A DNA stretch of 45,840 nt from an uncultured Acidimicrobiales bacterium. Lineage in GTDB: Bacteria; Actinomycetota; Acidimicrobiia; Acidimicrobiales; SHLQ01. Location of the stretch: assembly GCA_937969565.1 (NCBI GenBank), contig CALBVR010000098.1:1-45840 (forward strand), in the 5' to 3' direction. Below the pieces are notes generated by a model. That model was not told the origin of the DNA, did not search any database, and was given only the letters and a program-made list of their open reading frames with translations. Made by a program: the position numbers and the translations under genes. Of the stretch, positions 44,401-45,840 are shown piece by piece (the first letter of the stretch is position 1; each line of letters starts with the position of its first letter).

Positions 44401-44886
44401 TCAGGTCAGCAGCGCGACGGCGTCCTCGCCCCATGAAGCCACGGTGTCGCTGAGGGCATCCATCTCCGAGTCGAGCACGTAGAGCCCACGGGTCGGCACA
44501 GACGCGCCGAGCTCGACGAGTAGCGGCCGCAGATGCACCTCGGGTGCGAGCGCATGTTGATGACCGGCGCCGACCATGACCGGCACCGCTCGGGTGCCGG
44601 CGAGGCCGTTGTTGCCGTACTGGTCGAGAAACGCCTTGAGCAGTCCTGTGTACGTGGCCTTGTAGGTCGGGCAGGCGAAGACGATCACATCGGCCGAGGC
44701 GACCTCGGCCGTCAGTGCCTGCACCGCCTCATTGCCCCACTCGAATAGGTGCGGGGCGACCGGTGCGAGCTCGTGCACGGCGACCTCGTCGCCCCGAGCC
44801 GCAGCGATGGCATCGCCGACGGCCGAGCCGATGGTGGTGGTTCGCCCGCCCGGATTCGGGTTTCCGATGACGACGGCAACGCTCAC
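44401..44886 (-). CDS. NAD(P)H-dependent FMN reductase (SsuE/MsuE-like)
   Basis: GTG start at 44886, with a GTGA overlap with the upstream monooxygenase stop. Contains VSVAVVIGNPNPGGRTTT and VFACPTYKATYTGLLKAFLD. Confidence 0.85.
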   Translation of the reverse strand: MSVAVVIGNPNPGGRTTTIGSAVGDAIAAARGDEVAVHELAPVAPHLFEWGNEAVQALTAEVASADVIVFACPTYKATYTGLLKAFLDQYGNNGLAGTRAVPVMVGAGHQHALAPEVHLRPLLVELGASVPTRGLYVLDSEMDALSDTVASWGEDAVALLT

Positions 44887-45840
44887 TTGCGCGACTCCAT
44901 GAGCGGCATGACCTGCTCGCCGAACATCTTGGTGGCGACCGGGTAGTCGTCGAACACACACATGGTGCCCTTCACGCCAGGGATCTGGGCGACCTCATCC
45001 AAGCGGGCGGCGATGGTGGCCGGGCTGCCGACGATGGCACCGATGTTGAGGTTGAACGCCTGCTGCATCTCCGCAATCTTGTCGGCGGTGGCGCCGGCGG
45101 TGTCCATCTCGGCCGCGCCGATGAGGAACTTGATGGCTTCGAGGTCGGCGCCGTCCTGGTAGTGCTGCCACTTGGCTTCGGCCTCTTCATCCGTATCGCC
45201 CATCGTGATGTGGAAGAGCACGTAGACGCCGACGTCGCGGCCGGTCTTCTCTGCTGCTGCCATGAGCCGGCTGGCGTCGTTGCGAACGACGTCGAGGTCG
45301 CTGGTGCCGATGATGAACTGGTAGTCGCCGTAGGTGGCGCAGAACTCCATACCCCGATCACTCTGGCCGGCGCACACGAGTGGCACGCCGCCATCCTTCG
45401 GTGGCGGCGAGAGGCGACAGTCGTCCATCTGGAAGTACTCGCCCTTGAGGTCGGACACGCCGTCGGACCAGAGGTCCTGCATGATCTTGACGTATTCGGT
45501 GGCGTAGTCGTAGCGCTTCTCGTAGTACCAGTCGCCAGGCCACACACCCATCTGGCTGTATTCGATCTGGTTCCAACCGGACACGATGTTGATGCCGAAC
45601 CGTCCGTCGCTGATGTCGTCGATGGTCGAGGCCATGCGGGCGACCATGGCCGGCTCCATCGTGGGCAGTGCGACGGAAGCGAACAGGTTGATCTTCTCGG
45701 TGGCGGCGGCGAGGCCGGCCATGAGCGTGAAGGATTCGAGGTTGTGGTCCCAGAATTCGGTGTCGCCACCGAAGCCCCGCAGCTTCACCATGGAGAGAAG
45801 GAATTCGAAGCCCTGCTTCTCGGCTTCGAGGGCGGTGGTC
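44883..45840 (-). CDS. rutA: LLM-class flavin monooxygenase, RutA (pyrimidine monooxygenase)-like; 5' end outside the window
   Basis: The reading frame continues past ATG 45791 to the window edge (...[45 protein letters not shown]). This closely resembles the E. coli RutA segment as I recall it ([30 protein letters not shown]). Confidence 0.85.
   Translation of the reverse strand, partial: [318 protein letters not shown]

Overview
By eye this window is about two-thirds G+C. It is a gene-dense chromosomal segment of Actinomycetota type, with about 45 CDS on both strands. The taxonomic call rests on an LAXTG sorting signal, a DUF222-HNH '13E12-like' gene, a mycobacterial-type SOS box and many leaderless-looking starts.

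Gene content, left to right:
- mrpFEDCBA Na+/H+ antiporter operon (mrpG presumably off-window), with a divergent sigma-70 family gene.
- usp, then a CPA2 antiporter carrying two C-terminal USP domains, then a small wHTH regulator.
- A 2TM/RCK channel with a non-canonical TVGFAE filter.
- An M24 metalloenzyme (creatinase/DddP-like).
- An orphan ProW-type ABC permease fused to about 10 extra TM helices.
- An acidic Pro/Asp-repeat LAXTG surface protein, a crotonase, and a secreted GH10 xylanase with a ricin-type lectin domain.
- A RecQ-family helicase, a GGDEF cyclase, YceI, LonA, a Pat-like GNAT, a DUF2786 protein and a PPOX/F420-type protein.
- A DUF222-HNH endonuclease, an NTF2-like protein, a siderophore-interacting protein and an FAD oxidoreductase.
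- PadR plus a membrane partner, a divergent membrane protein, and acylphosphatase.
- An ICMT/PEMT-type membrane methyltransferase coupled to a soluble SAM methyltransferase, a small membrane protein and an alpha/beta hydrolase.
- A 1076-aa BNR/sortilin-like protein, LtrA, two lipoproteins (one with BNR plus PD40/TolB propellers), and an FMN reductase coupled to a RutA-like monooxygenase that is cut by the window end.

I found no rRNA, tRNA, CRISPR array, transposase, integrase or recognisable defence system. I do not see a clear-cut new 'system'. The best leads are:
1. The DddP/creatinase-like M24 enzyme lying next to the orphan ProW-10TM fusion.
2. The 10-kb cation-homeostasis supercluster, including the channel with the degenerate selectivity filter.
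3. Two different DNA-damage control motifs: a perfect LexA box on the HNH gene and a RecA-independent (PafBC-type) promoter on the RecQ-like helicase.
4. A possible frameshift or fusion at the ICMT gene.

All functional calls come from motif and family recognition by eye. No searches were run.
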